DNA of 64,000 bases from Tagaea sp. (GTDB lineage: Bacteria > Pseudomonadota > Alphaproteobacteria > CACIAM-22H2), in assembly GCA_965279525.1 (NCBI GenBank), contig CBDIIB010000002.1, forward strand, positions 288,001 to 352,000, read 5' to 3'. A program made the translations under genes and the position numbers. This document shows, in pieces, positions 40,496-50,694 of the stretch. The notes under the pieces are model-generated. The model saw nothing but the letters and a program-made list of their open reading frames with translations. It ran no database searches and was not told the DNA's origin. The first letter of the stretch is position 1. Each line of letters begins with the position of its first letter.

Positions 40496-41788
40496 ATGAC
40501 CAACGTCACCGTCGTCGGCTCGCAGTGGGGCGATGAAGGCAAGGGCAAGATCGTCGACTGGCTGTCGGAGCGCGCGGAGATCGTCGTGCGTTTCCAGGGC
40601 GGCCACAATGCCGGCCACACGCTGGTCATCGACGGCGTCGTCTACAAGCTGTCGCTGCTGCCGTCGGGCGTCGTGCGGCCGGGCAAGCTCGGCATCATCG
40701 GCAACGGCGTGGTCGTCGATCCGTGGCATCTCGTCAAGGAGATCGCCTCGATCCGCGAGAAGGGCGTCCATGTCGGCCCCGAAAACCTGCGCATCGCCGA
40801 GAACGCGCCGCTGATCCTGCCGCTGCATGCCGAGATCGACAAGCTGCGCGAGGAAGCGCGCGGTGCGGACAAGATCGGCACGACGGGCCGCGGCATCGGG
40901 CCGGCCTACGAGGACAAGGTCGCGCGCCGCGCCATCCGCGTGTGCGATCTGGGCGATCCCGCCACGCTCAAGGGCAAGCTCGACGAGCTGCTGCGCCACC
41001 ACGACGCGCTGCGCAAGGGCCTGGGGTTTCCCGCCGTCGACCGGGCGGCGCTGGAAAAGGCGCTCGCCGAGATCGCCCCGCAGATCCTGCCTTATGCCGA
41101 TCCGGTGTGGCCGTTCCTCGACCAGGCGTGCCGCAAGGGCAAGCGCATCCTGTTCGAGGGCGCGCAGGGCGCGCTGCTCGACGTCGACCACGGCACCTAT
41201 CCGTTCGTCACGTCGTCCAACACGGTGTCGGCGCAGGCGGCCACCGGCTCGGGCGTGGGGCCGCAGAACACGGGCTTCGTGCTCGGCATCACCAAGGCCT
41301 ACACGACGCGTGTGGGCTCGGGCCCGTTCCCGACCGAACTCACCGATGCGGTGGGCAAGGGGCTGGGCGAGCGCGGTCACGAGTTCGGCACCGTCACCGG
41401 CCGGCCGCGGCGCTGCGGCTGGTTCGATGCCGTGCTCGTGCGCCAGACCGTGCGCGTGGGCGGGCTTCGCGGCATTGCCCTCACGAAGCTCGACGTGCTC
41501 GACGGCATGGACGAACTGAAGGTGTGCGTGGCCTACGACATCGACGGGCAGCGCTACGACCGCATGCCCGCCGCCTCGCATCTGCAGGCCAAGGCAAAGC
41601 CGGTCTACGAGACGATGCGCGGCTGGAAGGAATCCACGCGCGGAGCGCGCTCGTGGGCCGATCTGCCGGCCGCCGCGATCAAGTACATCGTGCGTATCGA
41701 GGAACTGATCGGCTGCCGCGTGGCGATGCTGTCGACCAGCCCCGAGCGCAACGACACGATCCTCGTCGAGGATCCGTTCGCCGGCTGA
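40496..41788 (+). CDS. purA: Adenylosuccinate synthetase
   Basis: [34 protein letters not shown]. Confidence 0.97.
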   Translation: MTNVTVVGSQWGDEGKGKIVDWLSERAEIVVRFQGGHNAGHTLVIDGVVYKLSLLPSGVVRPGKLGIIGNGVVVDPWHLVKEIASIREKGVHVGPENLRIAENAPLILPLHAEIDKLREEARGADKIGTTGRGIGPAYEDKVARRAIRVCDLGDPATLKGKLDELLRHHDALRKGLGFPAVDRAALEKALAEIAPQILPYADPVWPFLDQACRKGKRILFEGAQGALLDVDHGTYPFVTSSNTVSAQAATGSGVGPQNTGFVLGITKAYTTRVGSGPFPTELTDAVGKGLGERGHEFGTVTGRPRRCGWFDAVLVRQTVRVGGLRGIALTKLDVLDGMDELKVCVAYDIDGQRYDRMPAASHLQAKAKPVYETMRGWKESTRGARSWADLPAAAIKYIVRIEELIGCRVAMLSTSPERNDTILVEDPFAG

Positions 41789-41918
41789 GTTCCGGCTTAT
41801 CATTGTATGTCATTGGAATAATTAACGATTTATCGATTTTTGGTGGCGTAGACTCGCCCGGTTTTGCCGAGCTCCCGATCGAGGGAGCCGGCAAGAAGGG
41901 GGGAGCAAGCGTCCGTCC

Positions 41919-43964
41919 ATGGCCGAGCCAGCCAATGCCGTCGAGCCGGAAGCGATAGAAAAGGCGCCTGCCGGGCTGTCGGGCCCAAGCGTCGCGCTGG
42001 GCAACCGCTTCTCGATTTTTCCCGCCACGCCGATTGCCGAGATGTCGTCGGCGACGGTGCGCGCCTATGCCGCGACCGACACGCGCGATCCGGGCCTGGC
42101 GCGCGTTGCCCTCGTGTGCGGCAACGAGCTTCCTGCGCGCCTCGAAGGCGCCAAGGCGATGAAGTCGATCGACCGGCCGGGGCTGCTGCGGCTCTACGAT
42201 TTCGGCCTCGTCGACTGGCCCGGCGCCTCGGGCAAGCGTCTTGCGCTCATCTACGACTTTCCCGAAGGCGGCCCGCTGTGGAACCGGACGGGTCCGCGCG
42301 ACGAGTGGACGCCGCCCAGGATCATCGGCCACGTGCTGGGCCCGCTTGCCGGCGCGCTCTCGGAGATGTTCCTGCGCAACGTGATCCACCGCTCGGTGCG
42401 CCCGCAGAACCTCTTCTGGCTCGACCAGGCGCGCACGCGTGTGGTGCTGGGGCCGTGCCTTGCGGTTCCGCCCGGCTACGACCAGCCGGCCGCCTTCGAG
42501 CCGATCGAGGGGGCGATGGCCGATCCGGAAGCGCGCGGCGAAGGATCGCGCGCCGACGACATGTTCGCGCTCGGCATGACCGCGATGGCCTTCGCGCAGG
42601 GTTCGATGCCCGCCACCGGGCTCGAACCCCACGAGGCGATCTCGCGGCGCATCGAGCATGGCTCGTTCGACGTCTATGCCGATATTCACCAGCTGCCCGC
42701 CGTGCTGATGGACGCCATGCGCGGCCTGACGAACGACTGGGAAGGCGACCGCTGGACGGTCGAGATGCTGCGCGGCTGGATTTCCGGCCAGCGCCAGCAG
42801 ATGTCGTATACGGCACCGCCCCTCCTGCGCTCTGCGATCGGCTACCGGTTCGCCGGGCGCGAGTACAAGAACGCGCGCGACCTTGCACACAATCTCGGCG
42901 TCCGCTGGGAGCAGGCCGCGCGCGAGCTTCGCAACGGCAACATCGCCATGTGGGTACGCAACACGCTGGGCGACCAGAAGCTGCACGACCGCATCCAGGC
43001 AGCCGTCAACGAGCCTGCCGGCGACCCCGATCCGGCCTTCAACGACGCGACCATCGTCGCGCGCGTGTGCATCCTGCTCGATCCGATGGCGCCGATCCGC
43101 TTCCGCGGCCACTCGATCACGCTCGACGGGTTCGGCAGCGCGCTGGCGGCGGCCATGCGCAAGCCCGGCATGAGCCAGGTCTATATCGACCTGATCCGCG
43201 CACGCCTGCCGGGCGCATGGGCGCACCATCACAAGATGGCCGGCGGCAAGCACGCCCCGCCCAACGGCTTCGTCGAGCGGCTGTCGAAATGGATCGACGA
43301 TCCGGCACCGGGCAACGGCATCGAGCGCTGCCTCTACGAGCTCAACCCCAACCTGCCGTGCTTCTCGGAAATGGCGGCCGGGCTTTGGATCTCCGAGCCC
43401 GATCACGTTCTCGAAGCGCTCGAATCGACCGCCGGCTCCAACCGCAAGCCGATCGACCGCCACATCGCCGCGTTCCTCGCCGTGCACGCCGGTGCCGATC
43501 CGGGGCAGATCAAGGCGCTGATGAATCCCGAACAGGTGGACGTGCAGGGCGGGCTTTCGATCCTGCGCCTGCTCGCCGAGTTGCAGGAGAAGTTCGGGCC
43601 CCCGTCGGTGCCGAAACTCACGGCATGGTGTGCCGGGCTCGTGCGCCGGTTCGTCGACGAGATCAATCACCTCCCATTGCGCGCCGCCCAGCTCATGCGG
43701 CTCAACAAGGTCGCGGAATCGGGCGATCTGGCGGAACTCCTCGACCTCGTCGACAACGAGAAGATGCGCGAAGCCGACAGTCGGGGCTTCGACGCCGCGC
43801 GCGAATCGTATGTGAATGCCGAAGTCGAGATCATCGAGATCCGGAACGGCGGAGCGGCGCGAGCGGAAGCCGCTCGGCGCGACGGAAAGGAGGCCGCGGC
43901 AATCGCGGCCGCATGCCTGTCCGGCGTCATCGGGGTCAGCGCCCTCGTGCTGAAGCTTCTCTGA
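41919..43964 (+). CDS. Ser/Thr kinase-fold (probable pseudokinase) protein, copy 1
   Basis: RLYDFG, IHRSVRPQNL, DDMFALG subdomains; C-terminal hydrophobic helix. Confidence 0.75.
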   Translation: MAEPANAVEPEAIEKAPAGLSGPSVALGNRFSIFPATPIAEMSSATVRAYAATDTRDPGLARVALVCGNELPARLEGAKAMKSIDRPGLLRLYDFGLVDWPGASGKRLALIYDFPEGGPLWNRTGPRDEWTPPRIIGHVLGPLAGALSEMFLRNVIHRSVRPQNLFWLDQARTRVVLGPCLAVPPGYDQPAAFEPIEGAMADPEARGEGSRADDMFALGMTAMAFAQGSMPATGLEPHEAISRRIEHGSFDVYADIHQLPAVLMDAMRGLTNDWEGDRWTVEMLRGWISGQRQQMSYTAPPLLRSAIGYRFAGREYKNARDLAHNLGVRWEQAARELRNGNIAMWVRNTLGDQKLHDRIQAAVNEPAGDPDPAFNDATIVARVCILLDPMAPIRFRGHSITLDGFGSALAAAMRKPGMSQVYIDLIRARLPGAWAHHHKMAGGKHAPPNGFVERLSKWIDDPAPGNGIERCLYELNPNLPCFSEMAAGLWISEPDHVLEALESTAGSNRKPIDRHIAAFLAVHAGADPGQIKALMNPEQVDVQGGLSILRLLAELQEKFGPPSVPKLTAWCAGLVRRFVDEINHLPLRAAQLMRLNKVAESGDLAELLDLVDNEKMREADSRGFDAARESYVNAEVEIIEIRNGGAARAEAARRDGKEAAAIAAACLSGVIGVSALVLKLL

Positions 43965-44452
43965 TGGCCAAGAAACCCAAAACCGTCGCTCCGGGGCGCA
44001 ACCCCGTCACGGCCGCGACGTCGGCGGCGGGCGTCCTTTCGGTCATCGCGTGGCTCGCCTGGAACGTGCCGTGGCTCTGGCTGTTCGTCGTGGCAGGCCT
44101 GATGCCGACGATCGCCGCCTATATCGCGGACTCGACCCGGGAGAAGAACGAAGCGGTTGCCGTGGGCACGCTCAGCGTCAGCGCGATGCTTCCGTTCATG
44201 CTCGACGGACTCATGCAGGCCAGCCAGTCGGCGGGGCGCGACATTCTGGGCAGTCCCTTCGCGTGGTTCGCGGTCTATGCGGCGGCGCTGTTCGCCTACG
44301 CGATTAGCTGGGCATTTCCGAATTCCTTGAATACGATTTACGAAGCGCGGGCCAAGGCGCGCATGCGCCAACTCCTGCGCCATCAGCAGAATCTTGTCGC
44401 CGAATGGGGCGAGAGGGTGCGCGACGAATTCCCGGGGCGGGGCGGCGCCTAG
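43964..44452 (+). CDS. Membrane protein coupled to pseudokinase, copy 1
   Basis: TGATG overlap; 3-4 hydrophobic segments; ends LVAEWG. Confidence 0.8.
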   Translation: MAKKPKTVAPGRNPVTAATSAAGVLSVIAWLAWNVPWLWLFVVAGLMPTIAAYIADSTREKNEAVAVGTLSVSAMLPFMLDGLMQASQSAGRDILGSPFAWFAVYAAALFAYAISWAFPNSLNTIYEARAKARMRQLLRHQQNLVAEWGERVRDEFPGRGGA

Positions 44453-44512
44453 GCGCAGGCCTTCCGGCAGGCGGTGGCCGGATCCAATTGATAATATAGG
44501 CAATTTGGCCTA

Positions 44513-44536
44513 GTTAACGGTTTGTGAATCCTTAAC
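44513..44536. promoter_or_regulatory. Candidate CtrA binding site
   Basis: Minus strand TTCA-N7-TTAAC (1 mismatch to TTAA-N7-TTAAC) plus an extra TTAAC half-site. Confidence 0.45.
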
Positions 44537-44609
44537 GGTGTAGACTTCGTGTGCTCTTGCCGTGCCTTCGATTCGAAGGTCCGGCGACGAGAGGAGAAAC
44601 CGTCCGTTC

Positions 44610-46652
44610 ATGGCCGAGCCAGCCAACATCATCGAGCCGGAAGACAAGGAAGCACCCGCTGGTCCGTCGGGCCCGAGCGTCGCGCTGGGCAACCGCTTCC
44701 AGATCTTCCCCTCGACGCCGATCACCGAGATGTCGTCGGCGACGGTGCGCGCCTATGTGGCGACCGACACGCGCGATCCGGGCTTGCCGCGCGTGGCGCT
44801 GGTCTGCAGCAACGAGCTGCCCGCGCGCCTCGAAGGCGCCAAGGCGATGAAGTCGATCGACCGGCCGGGGCTTCTGCGGCTCTACGATTTCGGCCTCGTC
44901 GACTGGCCGGGCACCACGGGCAAGCGCCTGGCGCTCATCTACGACTTTCCCGAAGGCGGCCCGCTGTGGAACCAGTCGGGCCCGCGCGATGCGTGGACGC
45001 CACCCAAGATCATCAGCCATCTCATCAGCCCGCTCGCCGGCGCGCTCGCCGAGATGTTCCTGCGCAACGTGATCCATCGCGCGGTGCGCCCGCAGAACCT
45101 GTACTGGCTCGACCAGGCGCGCACGCGCGTGGTGCTGGGGCCGTGCCTTGCCGTTCCGCCCGGCTACGACCAGCCGGCCGCCCTCGAGCCGATCGAGGGG
45201 GCGATGGCCGATCCGGAAGCGCGCGGCGAAGGATCGCGCGCCGACGACATGTTCGCGCTCGGCATGACGGTGATGGCCTTCGCGCAGGGCTCGATGCCCG
45301 GCGGCGGCCTCGATCCCGAGGAGGCGATCTCGCGGCGCATCGAACGCAGCTCGTTCGACACCTTCGCCGACATGAACAAGCTGCCCGCCGTGCTGATGGA
45401 CGCCATGCGCGGCCTGACGAACGACTGGGAAGGCGACCGCTGGACGGTCGAGATGCTGCGCGGCTGGATCGACGGCAAGCGCCAGCAGACCACGCAGACC
45501 GTGCCGCCGCTGCTGCGCGCGGCGAAGGGCTTCAGGTTCGGCGGGCGCGAGTACAAGAACGCGCGCGATCTGGCGCACGGCATGGGCAAGCGCTGGGAGA
45601 CCGCCGCGCGCGAGCTGCGCAACGGCAACATCGCCATGTGGGTGCGCAACACGCTGGGCGACCAGAAGCTGCACGACCGCATCCAGGCAGCCGTCAACGA
45701 GCCGACGGGCGATCCCAACCCGACCTTCAACGACGCGACCATCGTCGCGCGCGCGTGCATCCTGCTCGATCCGATGGCGCCGGTTCGGTTCCGCGGCTAT
45801 TCGGTCACGCTCGACGGGCTGGGCAACGCGCTCGCCGCCGCCATGCGCAAGCCCGGCATGGGCCCGATCTACGCCGACATGATCCGCGCGCGCGTGCTGG
45901 GCGCCTGGACCCATTTCCACAAGATGGCCGGCGGCAAGCACCATCCGCCCAACGGCTTCGTCGAGCGGCTGTCGAAATGGATCGACGATCCGGCACCCGG
46001 CAACGGCATCGAGCGCTGCCTCTACGAGCTCAACCCCAACCTGCCGTGCTTCTCGGAAATGGCGGCCGGGCTTTGGATCTCCGAGCCCGATCACGTTCTC
46101 GAAGCGCTCGAGGCGGCCGCCGGCTCCAGTCGCAAGCCGATCGACCGCCACATCGCCGCGTTCCTCGCCGTGCACGCCGGTGCCGATCCGGGGCAGATCA
46201 AGGCGCTGATGAATCCCGAGCAGGTGGACGTGCAGGGCGGGCTTTCGATCCTACGCCTGCTCGCCGAGTTGCAGGAGAAGTTCGGGCCCCCGTCGGTGCC
46301 GAAACTCACGGCATGGTGTGCCGGACTCGTGCGCCAGTTCGTCGACGGCCTGCGCCATCTGCCGCTGCGCCAGTCGCAGATCGGCCAGCTCAACAAGGTC
46401 TCCGAGGAGGGCGATCTCAAGCAGCTTCTCGACCTCGTCGACAACGAGAAGATGCGCGAGGTCGACAACTGGGGCTTCGATGCCGCCAAGGAAGCCTACG
46501 CCGCCGCCGAAATCGAGATCGTCGAACTGCGCAACGGTGCCAAGATTCGCACCGCCTATGCGCTGCGCACCGGCAAGGAGACGGCCGCCCTCACCGCGGC
46601 GAGCCTGTCGGGCGTGGTCGGCATCGGCTCGCTGCTGCTGAGGCTCCTCTGA
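44610..46652 (+). CDS. Ser/Thr kinase-fold (probable pseudokinase) protein, copy 2
   Basis: Close paralog of 41919-43964; IHRAVRPQNL. Confidence 0.75.
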   Translation: MAEPANIIEPEDKEAPAGPSGPSVALGNRFQIFPSTPITEMSSATVRAYVATDTRDPGLPRVALVCSNELPARLEGAKAMKSIDRPGLLRLYDFGLVDWPGTTGKRLALIYDFPEGGPLWNQSGPRDAWTPPKIISHLISPLAGALAEMFLRNVIHRAVRPQNLYWLDQARTRVVLGPCLAVPPGYDQPAALEPIEGAMADPEARGEGSRADDMFALGMTVMAFAQGSMPGGGLDPEEAISRRIERSSFDTFADMNKLPAVLMDAMRGLTNDWEGDRWTVEMLRGWIDGKRQQTTQTVPPLLRAAKGFRFGGREYKNARDLAHGMGKRWETAARELRNGNIAMWVRNTLGDQKLHDRIQAAVNEPTGDPNPTFNDATIVARACILLDPMAPVRFRGYSVTLDGLGNALAAAMRKPGMGPIYADMIRARVLGAWTHFHKMAGGKHHPPNGFVERLSKWIDDPAPGNGIERCLYELNPNLPCFSEMAAGLWISEPDHVLEALEAAAGSSRKPIDRHIAAFLAVHAGADPGQIKALMNPEQVDVQGGLSILRLLAELQEKFGPPSVPKLTAWCAGLVRQFVDGLRHLPLRQSQIGQLNKVSEEGDLKQLLDLVDNEKMREVDNWGFDAAKEAYAAAEIEIVELRNGAKIRTAYALRTGKETAALTAASLSGVVGIGSLLLRLL

Positions 46653-47143
46653 TGGCCAAGAAACCCAAGCCGAAGAAATCCACCGAACGCAGCCCGATGA
46701 CGCTGGCCACTGCCGGCGTGGGCGTGCTCGCGGTGCTGGCGTGGCTCGGCTGGAACGTGCCATGGCTGTGCCTGTTCGTCGTCGCCGGCATGCTGCCCAC
46801 GCTCGCCGCCGCCGTCACCGATCCTTCGCGCGAGAAGCACGACGCCATTGCCGTGGGCACGCTCAGTGCCGGCGCCATGCTGCCCTTCCTGCTCGACGGG
46901 CTCGCGTCGGCCGGGCGCACCGGCGGGCGCGAGATCCTCGGCAACCCGTTCGCATGGTTCTCGGTCTATGCCGCGGCCGTGTTCGCCTACGCGCTGTGCT
47001 GGCTCTTCCCGCTCGTCGTCAATTCCATCTACGAGAACCGGGCCGAGGCGCGTCTGCGCCAGCTCCAGCGCCGCCAGCAGAACCTGATCGCCGAATGGGG
47101 CGACGGCGTGCGCGAGGAACCGCCGGTCAACAGCCAGAACTGA
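46652..47143 (+). CDS. Membrane protein coupled to pseudokinase, copy 2
   Basis: Paralog of 43964-44452; TGATG overlap. Confidence 0.8.
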   Translation: MAKKPKPKKSTERSPMTLATAGVGVLAVLAWLGWNVPWLCLFVVAGMLPTLAAAVTDPSREKHDAIAVGTLSAGAMLPFLLDGLASAGRTGGREILGNPFAWFSVYAAAVFAYALCWLFPLVVNSIYENRAEARLRQLQRRQQNLIAEWGDGVREEPPVNSQN

Positions 47144-47168
47144 TCAGCGGCCTTTGGCCGCGTCCCGA

Positions 47169-48047
47169 TCAGCGGCCTTTGGCCGCGTCGGCCTTGACGG
47201 CCTTCTGCAGCTTCTCGAAAGCGCGGACTTCGATCTGGCGAACGCGCTCGCGGCTGATGCCGTGCTTCTGCGCGAGGTCTTCCAGGCGTGCCGGGTCGTC
47301 GGTCAGGCGCCGCTCGACGAGGATCGCGCGCTCGCGCGCGTTGAGTGTGGCCAGCGCCTTCTCGAGCAGTGCCCGGCGCCGGCGCGCTTCCTGGTCGTCG
47401 GCAAGCTTGATTTCCTGGCTGGCCGTCTCGTCGACGAGCCAGTCCTGCCATTCGCCCCCGCCTTCGCCGTCGCCGCGGACAGGCGCGTTGAGCGAGCCGT
47501 CCGGGCCGGCGAGCCGGCGGTTCATGTCGACCACGTCCTGCTCGGGCACGTTGAGATCGGTCGCGATCTTCGCCACCGCTTCGGGCGGCAGGTCGCCGTC
47601 GTCGATCTGCTTCATCTGTCCCTTGAGCCGGCGCAGGTTGAAGAACAGCTTCTTCTGCGCTGCGGTCGTACCCATCTTCACGAGCGACCAGGAATGCAGG
47701 ATGTACTCCTGGATCGACGCGCGGATCCACCACATCGCGTAGGTCGCGAGGCGGAAACCGCGCTCGGGCTCGAAGCGGCGTACCGCCTGCATCATGCCCA
47801 CATTGCCTTCCGAGATGAGATCCGAGACCGGAAGGCCATAGCCGCGATAACCCATCGCGATCTTGGCGACGAGCCGCAGATGCGAGGTGACGAGGCGGTG
47901 GGCGGCGTCCGTGTCGTTGCGCTCGCGCCACGCCTTGGCAAGCATGTACTCCTCGTCGGGGGCCAGCATCGGGAACTTGCGCACCTCGTCGAGATAGCGG
48001 CGCAGGCTGCCTTCATTGCTGGGGGCGGGCAGGTTCTTTGCCGTCAT
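47169..48047 (-). CDS. rpoH: RNA polymerase sigma-32 factor
   Basis: LVTSHLRLV, ATYAMWWIRA, RpoH box QKKLFFNLRR. Confidence 0.96.
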   Translation of the reverse strand: MTAKNLPAPSNEGSLRRYLDEVRKFPMLAPDEEYMLAKAWRERNDTDAAHRLVTSHLRLVAKIAMGYRGYGLPVSDLISEGNVGMMQAVRRFEPERGFRLATYAMWWIRASIQEYILHSWSLVKMGTTAAQKKLFFNLRRLKGQMKQIDDGDLPPEAVAKIATDLNVPEQDVVDMNRRLAGPDGSLNAPVRGDGEGGGEWQDWLVDETASQEIKLADDQEARRRRALLEKALATLNARERAILVERRLTDDPARLEDLAQKHGISRERVRQIEVRAFEKLQKAVKADAAKGR

Positions 48048-49033
48048 CGCCGCATGCCCAGATGCTTTGCCTGCAACGCGAGCCGGGCACGCAGGGCTTC
48101 GAGATCGTCCGCGAAGGGCCGCTCGAAGCGCAGCCTTTCGCCCGTCTCCGGATGCTCGAAGCCCAGCACGAACGCGTCGAGTGCCTGGCGCGGGAAGGCG
48201 GCCATCGTGGCATCCAGCGGGTCGGCCGGCGTGCGCGGCTTGCGCCCGTACGTGGCGTCACCCACCAGCGGGCAGCCCAGGCCCGTCAGGTGAACGCGGA
48301 TCTGGTGCGTGCGACCCGTGGCCAGTCTGCACTCGACCAGTGCCGCGCGATCCGAGAAGCGTTCGAGCGTGCGATAGTGCGTGCGCGCGGCCTTGCCGCC
48401 CGAAGACACGATCGCCATTTTCTTGCGATTGCGTGGATCGCGGCCGATGGCGCCCTCGATGTCGCCCTCGGCCGGGCGCGGCACGCCGCGCACGATGGCC
48501 GCATAGAGGCGTTCCACGTCGTGACGCGCGAACTGGGCGGCGAGATGGCGGTGCGCGCGGTCGTGCTTGGCGGCAACCATCAGGCCGCTCGTGTCCTTGT
48601 CGAGCCGGTGGACGATACCCGGCCGCTCGACTCCCCCGATGCCCGACAGCGAGCCGCGGCAATGTGCCAGAAGCGCGTTGACCAGCGTTCCGCCGGCGTT
48701 GCCGGGGGCCGGATGGACGACGAGGCCGGCCGGCTTGTCGATCACGATGAGATGCGCGTCCTCGAACACGACGGCTAGGGCGATATCCTGCGCTTCCTGG
48801 TGGGCCGCGCGCGCGGCAGGTATGTCGATCTCGATCGGATCGCCCGCTTTGACCTTGCGCGAAGGCTCCGTTATCGTCGCGCCCGCGACACGGACCCGGC
48901 CTTCCTCGATCAGCGCCTTCAGGCGGCTGCGCGACAGTCCGGCCGGATGCAGTGCCGCCAGCGCACGGTCGAGCCGTTCGCCCGCCAACCCGGGCGGCAC
49001 GCGCGTCTCGAAACTCTCGGAGCCGGATTCCAT
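48044..49033 (-). CDS. rluD: RluA/RluD pseudouridine synthase (start uncertain, 49033 or 49054)
   Basis: S4 domain, KPAGLVVHP, HRLDKDTSG, TGRTHQIRVH. Confidence 0.9.
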   Translation of the reverse strand: MESGSESFETRVPPGLAGERLDRALAALHPAGLSRSRLKALIEEGRVRVAGATITEPSRKVKAGDPIEIDIPAARAAHQEAQDIALAVVFEDAHLIVIDKPAGLVVHPAPGNAGGTLVNALLAHCRGSLSGIGGVERPGIVHRLDKDTSGLMVAAKHDRAHRHLAAQFARHDVERLYAAIVRGVPRPAEGDIEGAIGRDPRNRKKMAIVSSGGKAARTHYRTLERFSDRAALVECRLATGRTHQIRVHLTGLGCPLVGDATYGRKPRTPADPLDATMAAFPRQALDAFVLGFEHPETGERLRFERPFADDLEALRARLALQAKHLGMRR

Positions 49034-49072
49034 GCCGAACTTGGTACCCGACATGCACGCACAAATCCACCC

Positions 49073-49390
49073 ATGCGCGCACTGAAAGCGGTTGTTCTGG
49101 CGCTCGGCACGCTGTGCCTGGGCGCTTTCGGCTTTCTCGTCTATCTCGTCGTCGCGGGCATGGGCGGTCCGGCCGGGCGGCCGACAGCGCCGCCGGTTGC
49201 CGTCGCCGCCGGTGGCGCCCCGGGCACGATCGCCCTGGACCTTCCGCCTGGTTCGCAGATCGTGTCGATCGCCGCCGCCGGCGAACTGCTTGCCATCCAT
49301 GTCCGCGCGCCCGACGGCCCCGACCACGTCGTCGTCGTCGATCCGCGCACCGGTGCGGTGCGCATGAATGTTTCCCAGAGGGCTCCATGA
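49073..49390 (+). CDS. Small membrane-anchored hypothetical protein
   Basis: N-terminal TM helix; ATGA overlap with ltaE. Confidence 0.65.
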   Translation: MRALKAVVLALGTLCLGAFGFLVYLVVAGMGGPAGRPTAPPVAVAAGGAPGTIALDLPPGSQIVSIAAAGELLAIHVRAPDGPDHVVVVDPRTGAVRMNVSQRAP

Positions 49391-50421
49391 ACTTCGCGTC
49401 CGACAACACGGCACCCATGCATCCGCGAGTTCTCGAGGCGATCGGCCGCGCCAACGCGGGCACCGCGATGCCCTATGGCAACGATCCGTTGGCTGCGGGC
49501 GTCGAGAAGCGCATCGCCGAGCTGTTCGGCCGTCCGTGCGCGGTCTTCCTCGTGTCGACCGGTACCGCCGCCAACGCGCTGTCGATCGCCGCCGCGTGTC
49601 CGCCGTGGGGTGCGGTCTACTGCCATCCGGAAGCGCATGTCGACGACGACGAGTGCGGCGCGCCCGAATTCTACACGGGCGGCGCCAAGCTTGTCGGCGT
49701 GGAAGGCGCGCATGGCAAGCTCGATGCCGCCGGCCTCGATGCGGCCCTCGGTGCCGCGGGCAAGGGGAGCGTCCATCACGTGCAGCCGGCCGTGCTATCG
49801 CTCACCAACGCGACCGAGGCGGGGACAGTCTACACGCCGGCCGAGACCGCGGCACTGGCCGAGGTGGCGCACCGCCATGGTCTCAAGGTGCATGTCGACG
49901 GGGCGCGTTTTGCAAACGCGCTCGTCTCTCTCGGCTGCGATGCGGCCGACGCGACGTGGAAGGCCGGGGTCGACATCCTGTCGTTCGGCGCCACCAAGAA
50001 CGGCTGCATGGCGGCCGAAGCGATCGTCGTGTTCGATCCCGTCCTTGCCGAGACGCTCGCCTTCCGGCGCAAGCGCGCGGGGCACCTTTTCTCGAAGATG
50101 CGCTTCCTCGCCGCCCAGATGGACGCCTATCTCGGCGGTGGTCTGTGGCTGGAACTCGCCCGCCATTCGAACGCGATGGCCGGGCGCCTTGCCGCCGGCC
50201 TGCAGGCGCTGCCAGGGGCAAGGCTCGTCCACCGCGTCGAGGCGAACGAGATCTTCATCGAACTGCCCGAAAAGGCGATTGCCGCGACAGAGGCGGCCGG
50301 CTACCGGAGCTATCGCTGGTTCGGGCCGGGAACGCAGACGCTGCGTCTCGTCGCGGCATGGTCCTCGACGCCCGAAGACGTCGATGGGTTCATCAAAACA
50401 GCCCGTTCCGCGCTTGCTTGA
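49387..50421 (+). CDS. ltaE: Low-specificity L-threonine aldolase
   Basis: MNFASDN, TGTAAN, HVDGARFAN, FGATKNG. Confidence 0.92.
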   Translation: MNFASDNTAPMHPRVLEAIGRANAGTAMPYGNDPLAAGVEKRIAELFGRPCAVFLVSTGTAANALSIAAACPPWGAVYCHPEAHVDDDECGAPEFYTGGAKLVGVEGAHGKLDAAGLDAALGAAGKGSVHHVQPAVLSLTNATEAGTVYTPAETAALAEVAHRHGLKVHVDGARFANALVSLGCDAADATWKAGVDILSFGATKNGCMAAEAIVVFDPVLAETLAFRRKRAGHLFSKMRFLAAQMDAYLGGGLWLELARHSNAMAGRLAAGLQALPGARLVHRVEANEIFIELPEKAIAATEAAGYRSYRWFGPGTQTLRLVAAWSSTPEDVDGFIKTARSALA

Positions 50422-50464
50422 TTCGCGCGCTGCGATGGGCTAAACCCTCGCTTCGTCGCAGCGG

Positions 50465-50540
50465 GTCCCCATCGTCTAGAGGCCCAGGACGGCACCCTCT
50501 CACGGTGCAGACCGGGGTTCGAATCCCCGTGGGGACGCCA
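50465..50540 (+). tRNA. tRNA-Glu (anticodon CTC)
   Basis: Acceptor GTCCCCA/TGGGGAC, anticodon arm GCACC-CTCTCAC-GGTGC, GGTTCGAATCC T-loop, CCA end; 76 nt. Confidence 0.96.
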
Positions 50541-50601
50541 GCGCAGAAAGCTTTATTTTTTTGCAATAATTCCAATAACTTATTTAGCATTCGAATTTTC
50601 G

Positions 50602-50625
50602 TCCATACAGCCAGTCCACACAGCC
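50602..50625 (+). repeat. Candidate integrase arm-type sites, left
   Basis: TCCATACAGCC / TCCACACAGCC, 13-bp period. Confidence 0.65.
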
Positions 50626-50694
50626 AACTTACGCATTACATTTACGCAGGACTAATCTTCTGCTGCCTTGCACGAGCAAGCAGTTACTCAACGA

